A DNA stretch of 64,000 nt, from contig CM082589.2 in NCBI GenBank assembly GCA_040954595.2, positions 5,825,186-5,889,185 on the forward strand. Reading direction: 5' to 3'. Below are positions 26,506-38,174 of this stretch, in pieces. Under the pieces are notes generated by a model. The model did not search any database and was not told where the DNA came from. It saw only the letters and a program-made list of their open reading frames with translations. Each line of letters starts with the position of its first letter. Position 1 is the first letter of the stretch. This DNA is from Balanoglossus misakiensis (Eukaryota > Animalia > Hemichordata). Position numbers and translations under genes: made by a program.

Positions 26506-29500
26506 TTTACGGGCCCAAGCCAAGCCAGGCTTGGGCCCGTATTGGTTTCGTTGGGGTTTTTAGGGCCCAAGCCAAGCCAGGCTTGGGCCCTATTGGTTTC
26601 GTTGGAATTTTTCAGTCTTTACGGGCCCAAGCCAAGCCAGGCTTGGGCCCGTATTGGTTTCGTTGGAATTTTACTTTCTTTCTTTCTTTATTCTTGTGTC
26701 AATTCTTTGACCCACGAGATCTCAGACACTGCTGCAGGTACACTTCTGAAACTTGCTACAGTGGTCAAGGTCAATGAGTAGTCGTGCATTGAACCCTTGA
26801 ATTTTTAATTAGTCACATGACCTGGCGGCCATCTTGGATTTTCTGAAAAAATGCAAATCTCAGATCTCAGAAACTACAAGTCAGATCGACTTCAAATTTG
26901 GCATGCTGGTAGACTACCTTCTGCCCATCATTTTTGTAATTGTAAATTATGCTGACAAAGTTGCAGTTTTTTGCTACAATTTTTTTTCTGAAATCTGGCT
27001 AAAATTTCAAAAATCTTCTTCTCCAGAACCAGTGATAACCGAGACACAGGGTTTGGTGTATGTGGTCACCTAACTGATGTCTATCAAGTTTGCGAAGAGC
27101 GTTGTGATTGGTCGAAGATTATGGCGGCCATATTGGATTTTGTAAAAACCAGTGAAAATTAAGAAATCATTTTTCTAGTCTAAAAATAGATAGCATACAA
27201 ATTCTTTTTGTGGATATGAGTCGTCATATGACTAGAATATGTTGCAAATTTTTTGGCAATTTTCACATGACCTTTGACCTACTTTTATAAGAACCTGCAT
27301 ATATGCATATATAGCTCATACTACCTGTTCTAAATGTACCAGAGTTCTGATTTTTGTGCACATTGGTATCACCCCTGCCAGGACCTACCCCAAATATTTT
27401 GGTAATTTTGGCAATGACCTTTGACCTACTTTTGACACATCGTTTTTTCTGCATATCTAATTCCAGGCTAACCTATAGGGCTATCATTTTGGTTTTTGAT
27501 GTATGTGGATTTGTATGTGATCAAAAAATTTCGCTACTTTTCATGACCCCTTTGACCTCTGCTGACCTCATTAAATATGTGCATACCTAATTACAGATGA
27601 ACCAATAGACCTAGAGGTTTGGTTTCTGTTGGACATGGACCAGTATTGGGTCAACAAATTTTGCCCAAATGTTGGGTGACCTTGGGTGACCTTTGACCTA
27701 CTTTTGCATATCTCGACATCCACAGCAGATACAGCCTTGGCGTTTGGAGGTATGGGGCCATAATGAAAAGCCAAAGTTTTTGGTCACCTGTGACACCTGC
27801 TTAACTCATTATTTATGTGCATACCTAATTCCGGGCTAACCAAAAGGGCTAGAGGTCTGGTTTTTGTTGGCCATGGACAACTATGGGTCAAAATTTTCTG
27901 CCCAAATTTTGGGTGACCTCAGATGACCTTTGACCTACTTAACACTATATCAGCACCAAACATAGATATAACCTTGATATTTCTTGGGATAAAACACAGC
28001 ATTATGTTTCTACTCATTAATTATGTGCATATCTAATAATCTGATCAGATAATAGAGCTTGGGCCCGGACAATGCTGCTTGCAGCTTTAATTCTTTCTTT
28101 ATTCTTATGTCAATTCTTTGTCGCTCTAGATCTCAGACACTGCTGCAGGTACACTTCTCAAACTTGCTACAGTGGTCAAGGTCAATGAGTAGTCGTGCAT
28201 TGAACCCTTGAATTTTTAATTAGTCACGTGACCTGGCGGCCATCTTGGATTTTCTGAAAAAATGCAAATCTCAGATCTCAGAAACTACAAGTCAGATCGA
28301 CTTCAAATTTGGCGTGCAGGTAGACTATCTTCTGCCCATCATTTTTGTAATTGGAAATTATGCTGTCAATGTTGCAGTTTTTTTGCTACAGTTGTTTTTC
28401 TGAAATCTGGTCAAAATTTCAAAAATCTTCTTCTCCAGAACCGGCGATAACCGAGTCACGCGGTTTGGGGTATGTGGTCACCAAACTGAGGTCTATCAAG
28501 TTTGCGAAGATCATTGTGATTGGTCGAAGATTATGGCGGCCATATTGGATTTTCGAAAAACCTAGTAAAATTTCAAAAATCTTCTTCTCAAGAACCGGCG
28601 ATAACTGAGTCACAAGATTTGGTGTGTGTGGTCATTAAACAGATGTCTATCAAGTTTGCGAAGAGGAATGTGATTGGTCGAAGATTATGGCGGCCATATT
28701 GGATTTTGTGAAAAACAATTAAAAAGTAAAAATTCCCTTTCTAGCCTAAAAATTGATAGCACAGAAATTCTTTTTATGGATATGAATCATCATATGCCAA
28801 GAATAAGCTATAAATATTTTGGTAATTTTGGCAATGACCTTTGACCTACTTTTGACGCATCATTTTTCTGCATATCTAATTTCAGGCTAACCTTTAAGGC
28901 TATCATTTTGGTTTTTGATGTATGTGGATTTGTATGTGATCAAAAATTTGTGCTACTTTTCATGACCCCTTTGACCTCTGCTGACCTCATTAAATATGCA
29001 CATACCTAATTACAGATGAACCAATAGACCTAGAGGTTTTGTTTTTGTTATACATGGACCAGTATCGGGTCAAAATATTTTGCCCAAATGTTGGGTGACC
29101 TCGGGTGACCTTTGACCTACTTAACACTATATCAGCATCAGATCAGATAATAGAGCTTGGGCCCGGACAATGCTGCTTGCAGCTTTAATTCTTTCTTTCT
29201 TTCTTTCTTTATTCTTGGTTCACTTCTTTCGCGCTCTAGATCTCAGACACCGCTGCAGGTACAGTTCTCAAACTTGCTACAGTGGTCAAGGTCAATGAGT
29301 AGATGTGCAGTGACTTGTGAATACTTAATTAGTCACGTGACATGGCGGCCATATTGGATTTTCTGAAAAAATGCAAATCTCAGATCTCAGAAACTACAAG
29401 TCAGATCGACTTCAGATTTGGTGTGCTGGTAGTATACCCTCTGCCCATCATTTTTGTAATTGGATATTTTGCTGTCAATGTTGCAGTTTTTTTGCTACAG

Positions 29501-31974
29501 TTGTTTTTCTGAAATCTGGTCAAAATTTCAAAAATCTTCTTCTCCAGAACCGGCGATAACCAAGTCACGCCGTTTGGGGTATGTGGTCACCTAACTGATG
29601 TCTATCAAGTTTGCGAAGATCATTGTGATTGGTCGAAGATTATGGCGGCCATATTGGATTTTCGAAAAACCATAGTAAAACTTCAAAAATCTTCTTCTCC
29701 AGAACGGGCGATGACTGAGTCACAAGATTTGGTGTGTGTGGTCATTAAACAGATGTCTATCAAGTTTGCGAAGAGGAATGTGATTGGTCGAAGATTATGG
29801 CGGCCATATTGGATTTTGTGAAAAACGATTAAAAAGTAAAAATTCCTTTTCTAGCCTAAACATTGATAGCACAGAAATTCTTTTTATGGATATGAATCAT
29901 CATATGACAAGAATAAGCTATAAATATTTTGGTAATTTTGGCAATGACCTTTGACCTACTTTTGACGAATCATTTTTCTGCATATCTAATTCCTGGCTAA
30001 CCAATGGGGCTATAAGTTTGGTTTTTGATGTATGTGGATTTGTATGTGATCAAAAATTTTTGCTACTTTTCATGACCCCTTTGACCTCTGGTGACCTCAT
30101 TAAATATGCGCATACCTAATTAATGATGAACCAATAGACCTAGAGGTTTTGTTTTTGTTATACATGGACCAGTATGGGGTCAAAATATTTTGCCCAAATG
30201 TTGGGTGACCTCGGGTGACCTTTGACCTACTTTTGCATATCTTGACATCCACACCAGATACAGCCTTGGCGTTTGGAGGTATGGGGCCATAATGAAAAGC
30301 CAAAGTTTTGAGTCACCTGTGACACCTGCTTTACTCATTATTTATGTGCATACCTAATTCCGGGCTAACCAAAAGGGCTAGATGTCTGGTTTTTGTTTGA
30401 CATGGACCACTATGGGTCAAAATTTTCTGCCCAAATTTTGGATGACCTCAGATGACCTTTGACCTACTTTTGCATATATCGGCATCCAAAGCAGGTACAG
30501 CCTTGGCATTTGGAGGTATGGGGCCATAATGAAAAGCCAAAGTTTTGGGTCACCTGTGACACCTGCTTTACGCATTATTTATGTGCATACCTAATTCCGG
30601 GCTAACCAAAAGGGCTAGAGGTCTGGTTTTTGTTGGACATGGACCACTGTTGGTCAAAATTTTCTGCCCAAATTGTGGGTGACCTCTGGGTGACCTTTGA
30701 CCTACTTAACACTATATCAACAACAAACATAGATATAACCTTGATATTTCATGGGGATAAAACACAGCATTATGTTTCAACTCATTAATTATGTGCATAT
30801 CTAATAATCAGATCAGATAATAGAGCTTGGGCCCGGACAATGCTGCTTGCAGCTTTAATTCTTTCTTTCTTTCTTTCTTTCTTTATTCTTGGTTCATTTC
30901 TTTCGCGCTCTAGATCTCAGACACCGCTGCAGGTACAGTTCTCAAACTTGCTACAGTGGTCAAGGTCAATGAGTAGATGTGCAGTGACTTGTGAATACTT
31001 AATTAGTCACGTGACATGGCGGCCATATTGGATTTTCTGAAAAAATGCAAATCTCAGATATCAGAAACTACAAGTCAGATCGACTTCAGATTTGGCGTGC
31101 TGGTAGTATACCCTCTGCCCATCATTTTTGTAATTGGACATTTTGCTGTCAATGTTGCAGTTTTTTTGCTACAGTTGTTTTTCTGAAATCTGGTCAAAAT
31201 TTCAAAAATCTTCTTCTCCAGAACCGGCGATAACCGAGTCACGCCGTTTGGGGTATGTGGTCACCTAACTGATGTCTATCAAGTTTGCGAAGATCATTGT
31301 GATTGGTCGAAGATTATGGCGGCCATATTGGATTTTCGAAAAACCATAGTAAAACTTCAAAAATCTTCTTCTCCAGAACGGGCGATAACCGAGTCACAAG
31401 ATTTGGTGTGTGTGGTCATTAAACGGATGTCTATCAAGTTTGCGAAGGGGAATGTGATTGGTCGAAGATTATGGCGGCCATATTGGATTTTGTGTAAAAC
31501 GATTAAAAAGTAAAAATTCCTTTTCTAGCCTAAAAATTGATAGCACAGAAATTCTTTTTATGGATATGAATCATCATATGACAAGAATAACCTATAAATA
31601 TTTTGGTAATTTTGGCAATGACCTTTGACCTACTTTTGACGAATCATTTTTCTGCATATCTAATTCCAGGCTAACCAATAGGGCTATAAGTTTGGTTTTT
31701 GATGTATGTGGATTTGTATGTGATCAAAAAATTTTGCTACTTTTCATGACCCCTTTGACCTCTGGTGACCTCATTAAATATGCATATACCTAATTACAGA
31801 TGAACCAATAGACCTAGAGGTTTTGTTTTTGTTATACATGGACCAGTATGGGGTCAAAATATTTTGCCCAAATGTTGGGTGACCTCGGGTGAGTTTTGAC
31901 CTACTTAACACTATATTAGCATCAGATCAGATAATAGAGCTTGGGCCCGGACAATGCTGCTTGCAGCTTTAATT
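26506..31974 (+). mobile_element. Compound array 'B' of Helentron-type non-autonomous elements: three 5' hairpin heads and four bodies, each ending in a 3' subterminal repeat plus hairpin
   Basis: Heads at 26508-26541, 26561-26592, 26620-26653. Identical tails GAGCTTGGGCCCGGACAATGCTGCTTGCAGCTTTAATT end at 28092, 29190, 30860 and 31974. Each body starts with (TTTC)n and contains about 154-bp (AAAAATCTTCTTCTCCAGAACC...) and about 240-bp internal repeats; the latter are related to the array in element A in opposite orientation. Confidence 0.8.
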
Positions 31975-33297
31975 TCTTGTTAGTGTTATGCACAGCGACC
32001 GAAATGCCATGGTACATCCATCGTGTGGTGACCAATGTGATCGCACTTTACCTCAGGCACAGTTTCCATGACAATGTTTCTTTGACGGGAACAACTCGAA
32101 ATGAATACTGTCTAGCTTAGTATTTGCAAATGGCCCTCACGAAGCTTGCGTGAACGTATATGCAATGTGATTGGCTTCGTGGGTATATAGCGACTGCGTT
32201 GCTCAAAATGCCCATGTATCGTTATTTGTGTACACGAGCAATCTGTCATATACATGCATCTTTATTAAAATATTCTTAGTTTAGCGGTTATTTTATTAAT
32301 GTTGTTAGGGATTTTAACAAGAGAATTGTCAGATGCTCATGCGACTAGATAGGTTTTGGTTAGAATAAAACTATTCAAATATAATAAATAATAATGGAAG
32401 AGAAAAATAAACCCAAGGTTATGAGTTGCAGGAATGCAAATATTGAATTTCTAAAACTTACTCTTTACAATGTAGGCATTAACGTAGGTTCTTAACTATT
32501 GAGCCTTTTTAACGTTAAATTTTATAACTCGCATTTTGACAGATGTTTAATAAGGCGTGACTTTGTTTGAAGATTTGGCTTAGAGATTTATATATGGCGG
32601 GTGCCACATGTGGGGCAGGGTTCGCTTACTATTTTCGAAACATTCAACAATAATAAGCAGTTGTGTTTATTTTCTGATAAAGATCCAAGTCTCGAAATTA
32701 AGAATTATATTTTAAACGAGAATATCGGCAAGTAAACAGGTTCGGGCCCAGAATTCATCCTCATCTTCTGCGGCGACGCAGAAAATCGAGACATCTAGAA
32801 GAGTCCCATGTCGGCGGCACACACACACGAGTTTTACTGATCAGCTCGTGTAAGATATTTCCCTTTGTGACGGTGGCAAAGCATATGCTCTTCCGTGCTT
32901 TACTGCCGCACTGCCGACGTGATCTCGTAAAACTCTCCAAGGATGACATAAATTCGCTTAATTGAAAGTAAATCACGATTTTCGTAAATTCAATAAAATG
33001 TGAGCTTACAACCACAGCGACGTCATAAATCAAGGACCGCGGGAATTGTTTGCTCAACAAGGCGCGGTTACATGCATGTTCCTGTCTCCGCCGTCGTCAC
33101 TTTGCGGGGAGAGAAATCTTGTCGTGTGCGGAATGTTTTAAGGCGCCACATACGAACGCGAATGTTGAAATCGAGGTTTCAAATATGGGTTGTTTCTACA
33201 TTGCTTTTCATATCAAGCCATCATCTATAATGTTAAAAGTATGATATACTGGTATAGCACTATATGCTATACTTCTCTAAACGTTTGGAACAAGGCT

Positions 33298-33380
33298 GTT
33301 CATTCGTTCGTTCGTCCGTCCGTCCGTTCGTCCGTCCATCCGCCCACCCATCAACCCATCTATCAATCCAACCATCTATC
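33298..33380. repeat. Degenerate (TTCG/TCCG/TCCA)n microsatellite
   Basis: Read directly. Confidence 0.75.
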
Positions 33381-36300
33381 CGGCGTTTTAGAGAGTTTTA
33401 AATGCGCTTACTTTTCATCGTATTTGTTCGGTGATCGGATGTAAAAAGTACAGGGTGCATAGTGATTGACGTCGTCATTATACATGGAGCTAACTCAATA
33501 CGTCACACAAAAAAAAGAAAAAAACATATTGTGCAATATGCATTAGTGTATATCATGAACGATGTTTATGTCAACTGTCAAAATATAAACGTCACGTGAC
33601 AGTCCGTTATTTACAAATCAAGTAATCAAAAAGAGACATATCGACGTGTCAATCGATTGATATATAGATGTAATATGAGTAACGCACATCAAAAATTGAA
33701 CATTAAAATTGGTCGTTAAAGTTATGACCTTGTTTTACACGTGAATCGGGTGAGAACTCAGCCCACGTCCAATAAAAATAAAATCATACAAAACGAAGTC
33801 GAAACGAAACGGACTAGTTTTTATCGTCGCTTTTGATACAACACTAAATTGGAAGCAAAGAAATGCTCAGTTTGGCCTCGGGGCATGAATCTGTTGCTGG
33901 GGAATAAACGGTGAATCTGTGAAAGAGGAATAAGGCGTTTCAAGAATTCAGAAAGTTCACACACGTATAACTGGCTGAATCGAAGGAAATGGCATAGTCG
34001 TTTCTGTTTTGATTTACACGCTCTCCTTAACATCACTGTCTATGACACTCTACACGTTGCACGTGTCAAGTATTCTGAATCAAGAGACGTAAATCATCGT
34101 TGGTATTGTCAAAGACCAGACGCAGCGAGATATACTCGGCCTCTTATTGTTATCGCTTAAGGGCAGCTCATAATATTATATCTAGATTTTCATCTGGATA
34201 AACCCATGTACATACTTTGAAGTCTACACAACTTATGAAAGCAGTCATTACTAAAATACAAGACTCAACAGCTGTCATTGCGGGCCCTTTTTGTGTTATT
34301 ATTTTTCTGTGGTTTTCACAAGTTTGCTGCTGTTCCTACAGTGTGTTCAACGTAATGAGACAGACTTATGCATGTCGGCTCTCTCACTGGTTCTCCCATT
34401 GGGTCCATGCAGTGTACTTTTGTCAGACCACATGCTAGGCCCTACTAATGGCTCTGACACGTCCTGAAAGATTTATTCAGTGTGAAAATTAGAGCCCCAA
34501 TTGAAAGCTCAACATCAGAAATAGTAAATACATGTAAATACAAGTAACCCGGATGTGACTAATCATGGGGAGACTTCAATTCACATGTTAACAAAAATAC
34601 AATACGTTGACGAACAATCCTTAAATAAACTTTTGAAGTCGTTTTCCTCTTTATCGATACTTGATATTTATATATACTGTTAACTAATTCCCACTCACGC
34701 CGTGTTCTTTCAAACCGTCCCTTCAATTTGGTGTCAAACGAGGCAGAGCATTTGTCTGAAAAGTAAAGATTACGGGTTAAGTAAGACTTCTCCTAATTTG
34801 ATATATTCAATAAGATGTTCATGGGAACACATTTTATAGTCAATAACGCGTGCTTGGAGACGCCTTCAAAACAAAGAACCGGTGCTGCACTGTAATTGTA
34901 TGCCCTTAAATATCCTAGCAGTGATAATCCGTCACGAACGATTTTATCGGTTAGGGTTTTGCTGTCGCTGAATGTGGTAGTGGTTGGCAAGGTTGCAATG
35001 CTTATGGATAAATACGACAGTGATTGGCGCTGTAAGATTCTCAACTTTACAGGAGTGCTGCACAGAAAATAGGCCCAGCTGTTGCATACATTTAGTTTGT
35101 AAAACACATGCATTTGTAGCTGGAATGATAAATCTTTGATCCAGTGTGCGACTCTAGTGCATTGAAAGCCAAGAGTTCGAGGGACAGAGAAAATGTTTCC
35201 TTCTTCAAAGTGATGAATGACACGAAGGTGGCAGAGGCAAGACGTTGTGAGGAGGTCGGAAAAGCACAATGGCGCATTGATTCTTGCCTCTAGGTCAACG
35301 GAATAAATTAAGCTCAGTTTCGACGGAGTTGATGAAATGAGCATCCCAACGCATACGGAGCGGAGAAGCGAGAATCACGATGGCATCTCATTTCAGTGGG
35401 ATGTAAATGATAATTTGATGATAATTCAGAGAAAATGTGGGGGGACCTTTATATTGTTATCATTCCAAACACGTTGCCCGCCAAATGCCCGGATGCCATT
35501 GTCACAATAACCCTCTGCTATTAAAGTTTGCTGCGACAGTCTCTCCGACTGCATACAACTACAAAGCTATAACCACAAGCGTAATTACTATGCAAAGCCT
35601 CTTGTAATTGATGTCGCACACTGCAGGCGACCTCCTGTGACCTTAATACCCGTGTTATTTCATCACACAGTGAAAGTGATAATACCTCCCAATGCTCAAC
35701 AGTAATATTAACAATACCGATGCATATTTCAGCGAGAGTTCTTGTCATTGCATAGCTTCTGTAATTTACAGATCGGTCTCGGAATTAGCTGCTGTAATAG
35801 GCCTCCTCAGACTATTTTCTGTAGAATTAGTTTCTCGCAAGGAAAGAGTTGAAGTAACGACAGTGCGATCATCAAAATAAAAACTCGGTCTATATGTTCC
35901 ATCTACCCCTTGTGACTTGATTCCCGGATCTTGCCGGTTTTAAAGTCGTTAATACTCCACAGCGGGCACAGTTTACCTTCAACTTAACAGAGCAATCTAT
36001 TTTGAAATGTCAACTGGGGAAAATCAGCCGACGGCTAGAGCTCGTCGTAGTATTTTATTACAGCCCACATCCTTCAGTTTACCTTCAAGTTGAAGAGGTA
36101 ATCTGTCTAATACTGCCATTTCCATTTATAAAGGCAATATCTTTTATTTTCTTAGTTTCTCGTCTTCCTTTCACCCCGCTTTTTGGCTACGTTGGAAAAT
36201 GAAAACAAATGTGTCTGTAACCGAGCAGAAAAGGTCTGCCAGAACTCCAGATATGGCCAGATTTTGTGAAGTTCGTGATGACAGTGATAATTCTAACATG

Positions 36301-37475
36301 GCCCTCGCTACTTGTTCGATGGGTAGACTGTTTCGCGCTTGTTCACATGTTAACGGGTTGTTGAGACGCCGTATGTTCGTGCCTTTCAATTGCAAGGCAA
36401 AGTTATATCCGACTTAATGTCTTATTTCTTCACCTTGTGATGAGAAACAAAAGAAAAAGGAAAATATCTCACTCTAAACATCCTAACCTTCAAGCCATCC
36501 GAAAGTTTCATCATTGAATGTATATTTTTATTGTCTGTACTAAATGTCTATACCTCAAGGACAGTACTAAAACAAAACATCCAAAGTCAGACTTTAGTTC
36601 CGATCGGTAGTTAAAACCTAGACAATGTTGTTCATAATGCCAAAATACTGTTCCAAGTTCACTCCTGACTTCCTCGCCTCAGAATAATGTTACTTTCGCG
36701 CAACTGATTCTGATTTTTGCAGACAGCGACTCCTTCGTGAGTAAATCGCCCGTCAATAAAATTCACATGCCTCGTCGATGTGATCCAACGTAATCGTAGG
36801 ATCATTTAAAACCAAAGATGGGACTTAAATTGAACACGTGATGCGCATGACAAGAAGTTGGAGCACTGTTTTGATTAGGAAGCTACCCCCCCCCCCCCCA
36901 CCCCCTGTAAAGACTTATTTCATGAAGCGGTTCTTCACTTCCCAGAGTAAACTTTACTCATTTTCCACAATCATTGTCTATGCGCTCTGATTTCATTCCT
37001 TCTCGTCATGTTGACTCTTCATATCAGGGAAGTAAATTTATTAAATCCAACGGCCAATGCAAACAGTACAGTCGGCACTTGTACTCTTTTCGGCATTGAA
37101 TTGAACCAAATGCCGTGTTAACAATTTTGTTGAGATGTTTTAGTGCATGAAATCCTGAGATATATGATTGTTTACATTCTGTGCTGACGGAAGCTGAATG
37201 AACTCGTCAAGGGAATTCGTGAGTTTCGGATCATTCACAGCGAACGTTTGTTTTTAATATTAAGCTTGTGATAATGCCTGCGCTTTAATAGCCTTGTTGA
37301 CATCGATATTTCCTTCTTAATGACTAATTTTGTCGTAGACAGTTGCTACTTAACGTTTATATCATGACAATTCTTTGATTTGAAATTAGCTTCAAACTTT
37401 GTCATCTACGGTATGTGACATGTCTCTGATTAAAATTTATTTTGACAAAAACTGCCTGATACCTGCAAATGTACA

Positions 37476-37560
37476 CGCACACACACACGCACAATTACAT
37501 ACATACAAACATACAAACATACATACATACATACATACATACATACCGTACATACATACA
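37476..37560. repeat. (CA)n/(TACA)n microsatellite
   Basis: Read directly; just beyond a candidate TRPN poly(A) signal (AATAAA on the - strand near 37590). Confidence 0.85.
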
Positions 37561-37986
37561 ACCCAATTCTACATTATACAAAACTGAAATTTTATTTTAC
37601 AATTTCGAGTTATACACTTTGAATAACATAAGACACTTAAGGTTTATAAATATAATGTTTCAAAAATACAGGCTATACATGAATATAATTCACAAAGAAT
37701 TTATCAGCCCATTGAGAGAATTTGTGTACTTTTCTCCTCAAGATTAAAATCAATTACTGTGCAACACTACTCGCATAAAATATGGCTAAGATATCATGAC
37801 AGTAGAACATTTAGCATGACAGATGCTAAATCTCTAGGCAACTTAGTAAACAAATCCAGACTCTTGGTACTCAGATATAACTCCAGTAGCTGCAAGGGGT
37901 TGGTGTTTTTTGGTGATTGCCTAAAAATAGTCTATCTTGTCACATTTCTGATGTTTCTTTAAAAATCAGTGAGGATCACTGTTAAA

Positions 37987-38174
37987 AGGTATACGGTCAC
38001 TATGGAAATTTAACCATTGTTACCATGGAAACTCAAATATAACCAATCACTGATTTTCAGTGGGCAGCACACATGATAAAAGTGCACCCCCACACAATCA
38101 TTTAATCGAAGACTGCAAGACACGTCCTTTTGACCTTATATAGACATATTTAAATTAGAGATGACCGTATACCT
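37987..38174. mobile_element. TTAA-type (Kolobok-like) MITE, about 190 bp
   Basis: Terminal inverted repeats AGGTATACGGTCA...TGACCGTATACCT, right flank TTAA, left flank TTAAA. A related copy lies in opposite orientation at 45518-45685. Confidence 0.65.

Noticed and set aside
26508-26660. Three palindromic ~33-bp repeats with short intervening sequences resembling a mini-CRISPR array
   Set aside because: The intervening sequences are near-identical rather than unique spacers, the context is eukaryotic with no cas genes, and the repeats are transposon 5' hairpins.
26364-31513. Repeated short ORFs (MQISDLRNYKSDRLQIW..., MAFHYGPIPPNAKAVS...) in the repeat array
   Set aside because: They recur only because the DNA is repeated; they carry no transposase, Rep or helicase motifs, and frames break between copies.
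34793-35344. 183-aa ORF in the TRPN-GPCR intergenic region
   Set aside because: No recognisable motif, codon bias or splice context; probably a chance ORF.
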